Shown one piece after another: positions 46,049-54,008 of a stretch of DNA of 64,000 bases. Position 1 is the first letter of the stretch; the number at the start of each line of letters is the position of its first letter. The translations under genes were made by a program, and so were the position numbers. Location: positions 192,001-256,000 of the forward strand of contig CAVTBU010000006.1 in NCBI GenBank assembly GCA_963733035.1, written 5' to 3'. The notes under the pieces are model-generated. The model did no database searches and was not told where the DNA came from. It saw nothing but the letters and a program-made list of their open reading frames with translations. This stretch comes from Pirellulales bacterium (GTDB lineage Bacteria > Planctomycetota > Planctomycetia > Pirellulales > PALSA-1355).

Positions 46049-47413
46049 ATGTATCGCGACCGTCAATACTTGGGAACTAATGAACTAAGGAACAGCACCG
46101 CGCAGAGTCGAGCCCACCTGTTTGCGCAAACGCTGCTCGGCAACCAGAGTCCTGCTCCAGTGGCCGGTTCCATGCAATCACATCACGCAAGCGACGCTCT
46201 CGAGTTTGTGGCGAGCATCTCAGGCCGAGCACTCGACAGGTTGCGCCAAGTTCGAGCCATCTCGGCACAGGCTCAACGAGATCGAGAGTTGCTCGAATGG
46301 CTGGCCTTGATTTCGGACGGGCACGACCGCAAGTTGCGGGAAATTCAGCTCCTGGAAGTGGAACGGCAACTAGTCGAGCAGCGCTCTGAGCACCGCAGCG
46401 ACTTGCTTGACCTGCAAGAGGCGGAATGGGACCCCGCCAAACATCCTCGTCGCGGCTCGGCGCCTAATCCAGGGTGGTTCGCGACAACAGGAGGGACGGG
46501 GACGGGTGCCGGTTCGTCAACCCCTGGTCGCGCAACCGGTGGCGAATCTAGCAGTGGAAGCGAGGCTTCTACCGTTTCTAAACCTTCGGCCACTGCGCCA
46601 AAGAGCACCAAGCTTGATACACCATCAGAGCCGACCAAGCCTTCTCGCGATGGGGTACCGGCGGTACAAGCCGTCTACTCAGGGCGGAGACAGATAGCAG
46701 CGCAACAAGCGGCGTGGCCGTCACCGGTCGGGCATCACTGGGTGCCGATCGGCGTGATTCAGCATCCCGACATCCGTCCATTCTTGTCAGATGAGGCCGC
46801 CCAATACGCAGCCGGAGCATACTCTGGCCCCACCAGTCCACACCACGGAAACAGGACATATGGCGACGTTGCCCATCCCAAGTACAGTGCGGAAGTACGG
46901 AAGGAACTGAGGGCGTTCATTGACGCGCGCGGCATCAAGAAAATGACGGCAAAGGATATGGCAGAGTTTACAGACTTGATTAAGGGCGGACGCGGCGCAA
47001 ACGGAAAGCCAAATAAGGTGATTGCTTCTTTTAACAAGGCCATCAAGGGAATCGTCCCCAAGGGCACGAAGCCTCTCTCATCAATGGACGAGATCATGGC
47101 TGCAGGAGCCAAGCATATGAGGCACTCCCGCTTCAAGCTGTTGGCCGCAGGCGCGGTCATCTCCGGTGTTCTTGGCGAGGTAATCAACCAGCAAGTGAAT
47201 GTCTTGGATGTGGCCGCGAACAGCGGTCATTATCGCCGCGCGCTAAAGGCCCTTGAAGAGGGCGACCTAAGTAAAGCGCATAGCCTACTCATCGGCGATG
47301 GCAATAGCTTGTATCACGAGATACTCGGCCAGGTCGGTGCTCACGCTGCCCTGAATTTCAAGAAGGCTATGGAACGCGTATTCGAGATGGCAAGAAATCA
47401 AGACTATAGGTGA
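46049..47413 (+). CDS. Polymorphic toxin-like protein with HNH/AHH-like C-terminal nuclease
   Basis: GGGAG SD; LFAQxxLG / RDRELLEW / EWDPAKHPR N-terminus; low-complexity linker; GHHWVP...HH...HPKY C-terminus. Confidence 0.65.
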   Translation: MYRDRQYLGTNELRNSTAQSRAHLFAQTLLGNQSPAPVAGSMQSHHASDALEFVASISGRALDRLRQVRAISAQAQRDRELLEWLALISDGHDRKLREIQLLEVERQLVEQRSEHRSDLLDLQEAEWDPAKHPRRGSAPNPGWFATTGGTGTGAGSSTPGRATGGESSSGSEASTVSKPSATAPKSTKLDTPSEPTKPSRDGVPAVQAVYSGRRQIAAQQAAWPSPVGHHWVPIGVIQHPDIRPFLSDEAAQYAAGAYSGPTSPHHGNRTYGDVAHPKYSAEVRKELRAFIDARGIKKMTAKDMAEFTDLIKGGRGANGKPNKVIASFNKAIKGIVPKGTKPLSSMDEIMAAGAKHMRHSRFKLLAAGAVISGVLGEVINQQVNVLDVAANSGHYRRALKALEEGDLSKAHSLLIGDGNSLYHEILGQVGAHAALNFKKAMERVFEMARNQDYR

Positions 47414-47478
47414 AGACTTTGCACCGTTGCCATAGCGTCGCTCGAAGCACAACTCACGGCATAACTCAATCAGGCGCT

Positions 47479-49070
47479 CTAATGACTTTCGTCCAGACTC
47501 AGCAAGACTCGCCCGATATGAGTCGCCAGCAACGAGTGGCCCGAACTTTCATCGCATGAGTGGCCTGCGGTATGCCAGCGGCTGCGTGGCCCGTCCACAA
47601 CGAGCCAACCCGGCTTGCCTAGGCGCAATGCGCGCGCCAGTGCAATCAATCGCTGAGGATATCCCAGCTCCTGAGAAAACTCAGCCACTAGCGTAATGGT
47701 CACCGAATCACAGTCCTGAAACGAAGATGGAGGCATCAAATGATCAAACTCATTGGAATGCTCAGCAATCGACACTTCCGAGATCATTCCAAGATTTCTC
47801 ATCTCCCAATAGCAGTGGACTGCATAGACATCGTCGGGAGGTCGATCACAGAGATCGTTTGAAAAGAGGCACAACGTTACACTCCCCACCATTCCGACTC
47901 CGACATCGTAGCCATGATAAGCTGTCGAGTCGTTCATACGGTACCTGATCAGCCACACCTCTTTCGGCTCGCGTGTGGGCGGCCAAGCCACTGTTCGGTG
48001 ATCGACAATTTTCAGTTCGTCGGGCGCACGGCCGAGCTCGTTCGGATGGGCGAGCCAATCGGCGAAGGCCGCCATGGCTTGGAAGTTCGGCAATTGGCAC
48101 TCGGAAGGAATGTAACCGCCCTGTTCGAGATCTCTGAGGCACTGTTGTGCTCGGGCAGAATACCTCGCATCACGACAACATCGCGTCAGCCACGCGAATC
48201 CAGCTTGGCGACCTAGTTTGGCCGCTGCATGCGCGCAGCCATTTGCACATCAAGGTCCACATGGTCTAAGGCTAAGGCCATAAGCGCATCTCGCCCGGAG
48301 GTACGAAGATACGGCAACGCCACGGCTGCACTTTGTGCATAGCTGACGTGCTCGCTGTCGGTCAACCACTTCTCAAGTTGTTCAATCCCTTTTGGTGTAT
48401 CAAATGGATGTGCACTGCAAACTCCGTCGCGACACGCGCTATTAGAACAATCGAGGAGGGCCACGGCGAGAAAGCCTGTCGGCCGTAAGTTGCTCAATTT
48501 AACGAGCAGGCGTTTGCGTTCCGGATGATCGTTTTCATACCGTGCGAGTATGACGCTCCATAGGCTTGAATCTGGCGCAAAAGCCTTTCGTGCCGCTCGT
48601 ATCACCGCATCGGTACCCTCGCGCGTACAATACATCGCCAACACGTCCAGGGCGAACAATACGTCGTCGGCCGGGTGGTGGGCCGGTGTACGCAAGCCTT
48701 CGTCGACCACTTTCAGTAGAAGGTCGCCCCCCTGCTTCGCAAGGATTGCGAAGGCGGGACACTCGGCGCTCTCAACCAAATCAAACAAGTGAATTAGTGA
48801 ACTCAGTGCAGACCGGTTCACATCCATTGGAGGCAGATCCAAAATCCACTCCAGGACATGGCAAATAGCTTCCGCGTCAATACGCGACTTGATAGGTTGC
48901 TCGCCCAGCTTCCACAGTTCGTCACTGACGCTTGCACCATGCTCCATTCCGCGTCTCAGTGCTAAAATCAGAGGCGTGTGTGTTGAGAAGTCGTCGAATC
49001 TCATCATCGGTCGGTCACCAAATCCAAATCTTCTGCCCAACTTAATGCTAGCCGAATATGTCGGGTCCAT
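47479..49070 (-). CDS. HEAT-repeat-like hypothetical protein, frameshift near 48235
   Basis: The frame of ORF 47479-48093 extends upstream (AHAAAKLGRQAG...) into ORF 48213-49070. Confidence 0.7.
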
Positions 49071-49238
49071 CAGCAGTCAGAGAGCTCAACGCATATCTCG
49101 ACCTGGCTCGAACCGGCAAGATTTTCAGATTTCCCCATGAACCCACGAAACCCTTCCGGCGTCTAAGGTGTCGACAGGGTCGAGGCCGTGTTGGCGTCCG
49201 ACTGCAGTTGTGACAAGCTTTTACGGGTTGTTCCTTCC

Positions 49239-49319
49239 ATGATGTTCTTACGGCCAAGACTGTTCCAAGAACACGTAGCCGGGAGTTATTGCGCAGCACA
49301 AACGATTGCTGCAAGGTAA
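49239..49319 (+). CDS. Putative 26-aa leader peptide of the tRNA array
   Basis: MMFLRPRLFQEHVAGSYCAAQTIAAR*; rich in A/T-ending and AGR codons; overlaps alternative hairpins. Confidence 0.5.
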   Translation: MMFLRPRLFQEHVAGSYCAAQTIAAR

Positions 49320-49375
49320 TTCCCCCGCGCTACCGCTACGCTTGTGACGCTTGGCCTTTAGGTCTGCTGGCTGCC

Positions 49376-49409
49376 AAAGCCCGATGTCACAAGGACATCG
49401 GGCTTTTTT
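49376..49409 (+). terminator. Intrinsic terminator upstream of the first tRNA (attenuator)
   Basis: AAAGCCCGATGTC-ACAAG-GACATCGGGCTTT followed by a T-run. Confidence 0.85.
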
Positions 49410-49455
49410 GTTAGCCTCATGTCGCGCGACAGCGGGAACCAAACAACAAACGAAT

Positions 49456-49527
49456 GGGTCGGTAGCTGAGACGGTTTAGCGGTGGCCTGAAAAGCCGCAG
49501 ACGAGGATTCGAGCGCCTCCCGACCCA
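49456..49527 (+). tRNA. tRNA-Phe(GAA), irregular T-loop
   Basis: Anticodon arm GTGGC-CTGAAAA-GCCGC. Confidence 0.7.
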
Positions 49528-49563
49528 CTGCGCTCTGCGTGCGCGCTGACGGAGAACACTCAC

Positions 49564-49636
49564 GGCTCGTTCGTCTATCGGTTCAGGATACTGCCCTTTC
49601 AAGGCGGAGAGGTGGGTTCGATTCCCACACGAGCTA
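49564..49636 (+). tRNA. tRNA-Glu(TTC)
   Basis: CTGCC-CTTTCAA-GGCGG; GGTTCGATTCC. Confidence 0.9.
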
Positions 49637-49654
49637 CTGAAGCAACAAAATCAT

Positions 49655-49726
49655 CGGGCTGAAGAGGGACGGCGCCTCGCGTGCCTTGGGAGCACGAGAC
49701 AGTCGGTTCGACTCCGACCTGCCCGA
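49655..49726 (+). tRNA. tRNA-Pro(TGG)
   Basis: CGTGC-CTTGGGA-GCACG. Confidence 0.8.
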
Positions 49727-49736
49727 CTTGCGTGAC

Positions 49737-49808
49737 GGTAGTTGAGGGCTGGTTGCCCAAACCCGGCTGATAACCAGGTGGCGCTGAGTTCGATTCTCAG
49801 AACTACCA
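49737..49808 (+). tRNA. tRNA-Ile(GAT)
   Basis: Loop CTGATAA; GGTAGTT/AACTACC acceptor. Confidence 0.75.
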
Positions 49809-49887
49809 CTGAACGAGAGATCACAAGAAGGAGAAACGACGTTGGCAACTCGCATGCGACTCAAACGCATACGCCCACTCCACATTC

Positions 49888-49959
49888 GGGGTCGTGGCGT
49901 AACGGCAGCGCTTCCGCCTTTTAAGCGGGAAGGTAAGGGTTCGACTCCCTTCGGCCCCA
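49888..49959 (+). tRNA. tRNA-Lys(TTT)
   Basis: TCCGC-CTTTTAA-GCGGG. Confidence 0.88.
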
Positions 49960-49987
49960 CTGCGTTGGCTTCGGCCAGCGATCGCGG

Positions 49988-50060
49988 CGGCGCGTAGCTC
50001 AGTGGTGAGAGCAGGTCTCTTATAAGGACCAGGTCGAGGGTTCGATTCCCTCCGCGCCCA
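49988..50060 (+). tRNA. tRNA-Ile(TAT), rare anticodon
   Basis: Canonical TAGCTCAGTGG D-arm; GGTCT-CTTATAA-GGACC. Confidence 0.88.
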
Positions 50061-50092
50061 CTGTGCGCGCAGAAACGAGGAACAACACGAAC

Positions 50093-50165
50093 GGGATCAA
50101 GGTGCTAGCGGCAGCATGCCTGGCTCTTAACCAGGTCGGTGAGGGTTCAAGTCCCTCTGATCCCA
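50093..50165 (+). tRNA. tRNA-Lys(CTT)
   Basis: CCTGG-CTCTTAA-CCAGG. Confidence 0.88.
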
Positions 50166-50168
50166 CTG

Positions 50169-50264
50169 GAAACAGGCGAGAGGCACGAGGCCACAGGCTA
50201 GAGGGCGACCTTGAACCTCTACTGCTGACCTCTGGTCTCTCGCCTCAGGCCTCTGGCCTGTTTC
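50169..50264 (+). repeat. Heptamer-repeat palindromic hairpin (REP-like)
   Basis: GAAACAGGC (nnnAGGC)x3 ... (GCCTnnn)xn GCCTGTTTC. Confidence 0.7.
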
Positions 50265-50294
50265 GATCTTTGACAATTCGACCAGCGATTCGAC

Positions 50295-50361
50295 GCGCCC
50301 ATGATGTAGCGGTAGCCTGCTGCCTTGCCATGGCGTGCGGGTTCAACTCCCGCTGGGCGCT
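50295..50361 (+). tRNA. tRNA-Gly(GCC), shortened (variable region deleted)
   Basis: GCGCCCA/TGGGCGC acceptor, loop TTGCCAT, only ~67 nt. Confidence 0.65.
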
Positions 50362-50368
50362 TCAATTT

Positions 50369-50442
50369 CAGGGTGTGGGATAGCCTGGTAGTCCGCCTGC
50401 GTCGGGAGCAGGAGAGCGTCGGTTCAATTCCGACCACCCTGA
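50369..50442 (+). tRNA. tRNA-Pro(CGG)
   Basis: CCTGC-GTCGGGA-GCAGG. Confidence 0.88.
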
Positions 50443-50480
50443 CTTTTTGAGAACGCTCTGACCGGTACAATGAGCGAATC

Positions 50481-50798
50481 ATGAATTGGCTTACGCCGTG
50501 GACTCCGATTGTCGAAAGCGATCGCGCGGAAATGCTGACTACCGAACTTCGTCGCGAAGTTGGAGTCGGCCACGTGCTGTTCGGCATTCCGGTAAAACCA
50601 ATTGCAATTCGCCAAGATTGCGACGACGTGCTCTTCGAGCTTCTTGATGGCTCGGGCCGATTCGCCGTCACTCACTTGACGTACGCTCAGCATCCCGAGC
50701 CAGATTCGCAATGGCCTGCAACTCGTCTCTGTGACGATTTGACTCAATTCGAGCGGAGCATCATGCACGTCGATCATTCGACCGCGACCGGCTTATAG
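50481..50798 (+). CDS. Small hypothetical protein inserted in the tRNA array
   Basis: 105-aa ORF filling the gap between two tRNA-Pro genes; EL.RE...GH.L...RQDCDDVLF...VTHLTY. Confidence 0.7.
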   Translation: MNWLTPWTPIVESDRAEMLTTELRREVGVGHVLFGIPVKPIAIRQDCDDVLFELLDGSGRFAVTHLTYAQHPEPDSQWPATRLCDDLTQFERSIMHVDHSTATGL

Positions 50799-50815
50799 CG
50801 ATCGACTCCAGCTCG

Positions 50816-50889
50816 GAGGGTGTAGCGAAGCCTGGCATCGCGCAAGCTCGGGGAGCTTGAGATCGCAGGTTCAAATCCTGCCACCCTGA
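50816..50889 (+). tRNA. tRNA-Pro(GGG), C33
   Basis: CAAGC-TCGGGGA-GCTTG. Confidence 0.8.
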
Positions 50890-50908
50890 CTCGAACGTCG
50901 TCGATTGT

Positions 50909-51457
50909 TCAGCGCTTCCAAATCGTTACGTCGCTGCTGATCGCGATCAATAGCGTTCGGCCAGTGTACGAAAAGCCAAACCCGCGAAGCTCACGCTCAA
51001 TGGCTAGTTTCCAGAATCGTGAGGCAGGTGGATAGATGCTCTCGTACTTGCCAAGAAGCAAAAGACTTGTGTCCGGCCAATCGATGGACAAGGCTTCGAC
51101 GCCCCATCCGTCATCGGTCTGAGTCGGGAGGCCACCACCGACAAGTCCACAGACGCGAATCTCCCTTCCATCAAGTGGACCAAATCCGATGGCAGTCATG
51201 GCGTCTTTGCCGAACCACGATTCTTGATCTGATTCGTCACGATCTCGAGCGACTTTTTCGCCGGTGCGGCAATCGATGATTCCACGCCCTTGAGACGACA
51301 GTACCAGTAGCAGTTCAGAGTCGTCCGCAAAACCAATCTCAGTAAGTCCGCCAATTGCGACGGACGCGACGAACGACCATGGCTCTGGCGGAGCGGTGAC
51401 CGCAGCACGGCGAATTTTGTCTCGCACAGGTTCGAGGTGGTCCATAAGGTTTGCCAT
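50909..51457 (-). CDS. Hypothetical protein antisense within the tRNA array
   Basis: 182-aa ORF that fills the inter-tRNA gap exactly. Confidence 0.7.
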   Translation of the reverse strand: MANLMDHLEPVRDKIRRAAVTAPPEPWSFVASVAIGGLTEIGFADDSELLLVLSSQGRGIIDCRTGEKVARDRDESDQESWFGKDAMTAIGFGPLDGREIRVCGLVGGGLPTQTDDGWGVEALSIDWPDTSLLLLGKYESIYPPASRFWKLAIERELRGFGFSYTGRTLLIAISSDVTIWKR

Positions 51458-51500
51458 GGGTTCATAGGATGGCTCGCCAGTATACCGGATTGATCAATAT

Positions 51501-51575
51501 TGCGGTGGGGCCTGTGTTGGTACAGGCAGGCGCCTGTTAAGCGCCCCTTCGCAGGTTCGATTCCTGCCGCCGCAG
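51501..51575 (+). tRNA. tRNA-Asn(GTT)
   Basis: GGCGC-CTGTTAA-GCGCC. Confidence 0.88.
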
Positions 51576-51587
51576 CTTTCTAGGGAC

Positions 51588-51671
51588 GGAAGGGCAAGCC
51601 AATGGGCGATGGCAGCTGTTTCGAAAACAGTCGAGCGATGAGCCTTGAGGGTTCGACTCCCTCTCCTTCCG
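51588..51671 (+). tRNA. tRNA-Ser(CGA)
   Basis: GCTGT-TTCGAAA-ACAGT; long variable arm. Confidence 0.88.
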
Positions 51672-51675
51672 CTTC

Positions 51676-51747
51676 GTGCTCTTGGCCGATCGGCAGAGGC
51701 GTCAGCCTTCCAAGCTGAACAGGCGGGTTCGATTCCCGCAGAGCACT
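51676..51747 (+). tRNA. tRNA-Gly(TCC)
   Basis: TCAGC-CTTCCAA-GCTGA. Confidence 0.88.
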
Positions 51748-51760
51748 TTCGATCAATCAT

Positions 51761-51831
51761 TCGGGGATCGGCTAATGGTCGGCCGCCTGGCTTTGAACCA
51801 GGCTATGGTAGTTCGAATCTACCTCCCCGAG
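51761..51831 (+). tRNA. tRNA-Gln(TTG)
   Basis: CCTGG-CTTTGAA-CCAGG. Confidence 0.88.
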
Positions 51832-51840
51832 CTTGGAAGA

Positions 51841-51887
51841 CTACCGCCCTGCGCTCGATTGCCGCCCGGCAATCGTGCTCGGTTGCT
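51841..51887 (+). repeat. 47-nt hairpin mini-element (copy 1) inside a tRNA remnant
   Basis: CTACCGCCCTGCGCTCG-ATTGCC-GCCC-GGCAAT-CGTGCTCGGTTGCT, followed by a T-arm/acceptor 3' half. Confidence 0.8.
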
Positions 51888-51925
51888 GGTTTGATTCCTT
51901 CTCCCCGAACTCGGTGACAAAACAT

Positions 51926-52000
51926 TCCGGGGTAGCTGCTGCTGGTAGTGGCGCCTGGCTCTGAACCAGGAGGTCGTTGGTTCGATTCCAACTCCCGGAG
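51926..52000 (+). tRNA. tRNA-Gln(CTG)
   Basis: CCTGG-CTCTGAA-CCAGG. Confidence 0.88.
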
Positions 52001-52020
52001 CTGTTTCGAACGACACGATC

Positions 52021-52106
52021 GGAAGTCATCCGGCCGGATGAGGAGCCTGTCTTGAAAACAGGTGGCGGCCTCGCGCCGCTTGTGGGTTCGAGTCCCACGG
52101 CTTCCG
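52021..52106 (+). tRNA. tRNA-Ser(TGA)
   Basis: CCTGT-CTTGAAA-ACAGG; long variable arm. Confidence 0.88.
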
Positions 52107-52134
52107 CTCAACAGGTCGATTCGTTCAGCAACAC

Positions 52135-52205
52135 AGTCCCGTGGTCCAACGGCAAGACTCCTGCGTCACATCCAGGAAACGATGGTTCAACTCCATCCGG
52201 GACTA
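52135..52205 (+). tRNA. tRNA-Val(CAC)
   Basis: Loop GTCACAT; one stem mismatch. Confidence 0.75.
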
Positions 52206-52211
52206 CTCGAT

Positions 52212-52285
52212 GTCCAGGTACGCCAATTGGCAGAGCGGCACGGCTTAAACCCGCGCGGATGCCGGTTCGACTCCGGCCTTGGGCA
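52212..52285 (+). tRNA. tRNA-Leu(TAA), short variable loop
   Basis: CACGG-CTTAAAC-CCGCG. Confidence 0.8.
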
Positions 52286-52295
52286 CTGTCAACGC

Positions 52296-52368
52296 GGCTC
52301 GGTCGGCAACGGCAGACCACCTTGGCTTAGAACCAAGGATGCTGTGGGTTCGAATCCCACCTGAGCTA
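52296..52368 (+). tRNA. tRNA-Leu(TAG), short variable loop
   Basis: CTTGG-CTTAGAA-CCAAG. Confidence 0.85.
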
Positions 52369-52382
52369 TTTAGTAGAGACTC

Positions 52383-52457
52383 GTCCTCGTGGAGTAGTCT
52401 GGAGTGCTCGCCTGCCTGTCACGCAGGAGATCACGGGTTCAAATCCCGTCGGGGACG
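52383..52457 (+). tRNA. tRNA-Asp(GTC)
   Basis: CCTGC-CTGTCAC-GCAGG. Confidence 0.92.
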
Positions 52458-52539
52458 CCTTTTGATTGTTGTACGCGAAATCGTCTGTGGCGCGGAGTGT
52501 TCCGCAACGCCTCGACGAACTGCAACGCAACGTAAATCT

Positions 52540-52613
52540 GGCACGGTACGCCAATCGGCTGAGCGGCGAAGCTCAAACCTTCGTGTCTGCGGGTTCGACT
52601 CCCGCCTGTGCCA
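52540..52613 (+). tRNA. tRNA-Leu(CAA), short variable loop
   Basis: CGAAG-CTCAAAC-CTTCG. Confidence 0.85.
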
Positions 52614-52619
52614 CTGTTC

Positions 52620-52706
52620 GGGTTGTGCTCCTCGTGGCGGCCTGTAAAGCCGTTGTCACAAAAGAAGCGAGGTGGGCGACGAATGGTTCGATTCCTTCAC
52701 AACCCA
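52620..52706 (+). tRNA. tRNA-Tyr(GTA)-like, lacking a D-arm, long variable region
   Basis: GGGTTGT/ACAACCC acceptor; GCGGC-CTGTAAA-GCCGT. Confidence 0.65.
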
Positions 52707-52711
52707 ATTGA

Positions 52712-52784
52712 GGCCCGCTCGTCTATCGGTTGAGGACGCCAGCCTCTCAAGCTGGAAGGACGGGTTCGATTCCCGTGCGGGTCA
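52712..52784 (+). tRNA. tRNA-Glu(CTC)
   Basis: CCAGC-CTCTCAA-GCTGG. Confidence 0.9.
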
Positions 52785-52790
52785 CTGTAT

Positions 52791-52873
52791 GGCCAAGTGG
52801 TGTAACTGGTAAACACGCGACGCTCAGAACGTCGTGCCCTTGCGGCGTGGGAGTTCGAGTCTCCCCTTGGTCA
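52791..52873 (+). tRNA. tRNA-Leu(CAG), long variable arm
   Basis: CGACG-CTCAGAA-CGTCG. Confidence 0.9.
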
Positions 52874-52890
52874 CTGAAATATTGAATTGA

Positions 52891-52959
52891 CGCAGGTGAG
52901 CCAGTGCTCAGCCGAGTTTCATAAGCTCAGCCCGTCGGGTGCGACACCCGAACCTGCAA
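52891..52959 (+). tRNA. tRNA-Met(CAT), initiator-like C1:A72, degenerate
   Basis: Loop TTCATAA, short D-arm, T-loop TGCGACA. Confidence 0.6.
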
Positions 52960-52964
52960 CTTAC

Positions 52965-53040
52965 GGCCGGGTACGCAAACTGGCAAAGCGACGAGGTCGA
53001 GAGCCTCGTGATTTTGTGAGTTCGACTCTCACTCCGGTCA
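52965..53040 (+). tRNA. tRNA-Leu(GAG), C33, short variable loop
   Basis: CGAGG-TCGAGAG-CCTCG. Confidence 0.8.
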
Positions 53041-53069
53041 CTTGAATGAGATTGCGGCCAAAACTGATC

Positions 53070-53507
53070 CTACAGTGCGAGCACGCGGCACACCTCTCGA
53101 ATCCAGATCTCACCGATCCATTCCAGGTCGGCATACGGAGAGATGCGTGAAGCGGTCCAGCCGCTTTCGTCGAGTACTCGCATCATGCCGGGTGCCGCCA
53201 AGGCGTTCGTTGTGTGGATGATCACTGGGCATGTCGGCGGTTTCGTCGCGAGAAAGTCGGCCACATCGCGTCCGGTGCCGGGGTCACGCATGACACCGCC
53301 GATCAATCGGTTGGGTCCGAGATCGTGATCGAGGCAGATGAGAATCGGTTCGCCGCAGTGAACCTTCAGCCAGACGATCATATCTGGTGCATTGTCGAAC
53401 ACAATTGATTCATGGCCTGGGCAGCGACTTGCGAGGCACGGCAACATTGCGGCGATCCGTTCCGGCTCGTCGTCAAGAATTGCGACTACTTTTGATTCGC
53501 TTGCCAT
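53070..53507 (-). CDS. Cyclic-phosphate-processing receiver-like domain protein
   Basis: ILDD...ICLDHDLG...GTGRDVA...VIIHTTN pattern. Confidence 0.75.
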   Translation of the reverse strand: MASESKVVAILDDEPERIAAMLPCLASRCPGHESIVFDNAPDMIVWLKVHCGEPILICLDHDLGPNRLIGGVMRDPGTGRDVADFLATKPPTCPVIIHTTNALAAPGMMRVLDESGWTASRISPYADLEWIGEIWIREVCRVLAL

Positions 53508-53533
53508 GTCAACAAGTCTAACAAATCACATTC

Positions 53534-53606
53534 GATCCCGTGGTCCAACGGCTACGACGCCTGGATGACACCCAGGAGGCAGATGGTTCAACTCCATCCG
53601 GGATCA
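53534..53606 (+). tRNA. tRNA-Val(GAC)
   Basis: CCTGG-ATGACAC-CCAGG. Confidence 0.85.
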
Positions 53607-53616
53607 TTTGCGAATC

Positions 53617-53688
53617 GGTCTGTAGGTGTGTTCGGCGGCACACCTCCTCGGTAAGGAGGAAGGCCGGGTTCGACTCCCGGACGGACCT
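53617..53688 (+). tRNA. tRNA-Thr(GGT), C33
   Basis: CCTCC-TCGGTAA-GGAGG. Confidence 0.82.
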
Positions 53689-53757
53689 TCAACCGAGCAC
53701 GCGACATAGGCGTGCCGCGAGCGCAGGGCGAAAGGAATCGAGATGGATAGAAGTGAG

Positions 53758-53795
53758 GGGCTGCTGGTCCAACGGCAAGACGCTTGGATTGAAGT
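53758..53795 (+). pseudogene. 5' half of a tRNA-Ala-like gene, 3' half replaced by a hairpin
   Basis: GGGCTGCTGGTCCAACGGCAAGACGCTTGG resembles the start of the next tRNA-Ala; no T-arm follows. Confidence 0.6.
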
Positions 53796-53837
53796 CAGCG
53801 TCGATGGCAACGGCGGATCGACGCTCGTCAAATACAT

Positions 53838-53908
53838 GGGCTGCTCGTCCAACGGGAAGACGCCTGGCTTGCAACCAGGAAATCGGGGTTCGACTCCCCG
53901 GCGGTCCA
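53838..53908 (+). tRNA. tRNA-Ala(TGC)
   Basis: G3:U70; CCTGG-CTTGCAA-CCAGG. Confidence 0.9.
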
Positions 53909-53919
53909 CTGAATAAAAC

Positions 53920-53990
53920 GGGCTCATGGTCCAAAGGGAAGACATCAGGCTGGCAGTCTGAAGATCCGGGTTCAATTCCCGGTGAGTCCA
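53920..53990 (+). tRNA. tRNA-Ala(GGC)
   Basis: G3:U70; TCAGG-CTGGCAG-TCTGA. Confidence 0.88.
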
Positions 53991-54008
53991 CTGATACGGG
54001 AAACCTTT

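Noticed and set aside
49456..53990. Possible CRISPR array from recurring GGTTCGANTCC
   Set aside because: These are tRNA T-arms; there is no constant repeat-spacer periodicity and no cas gene.
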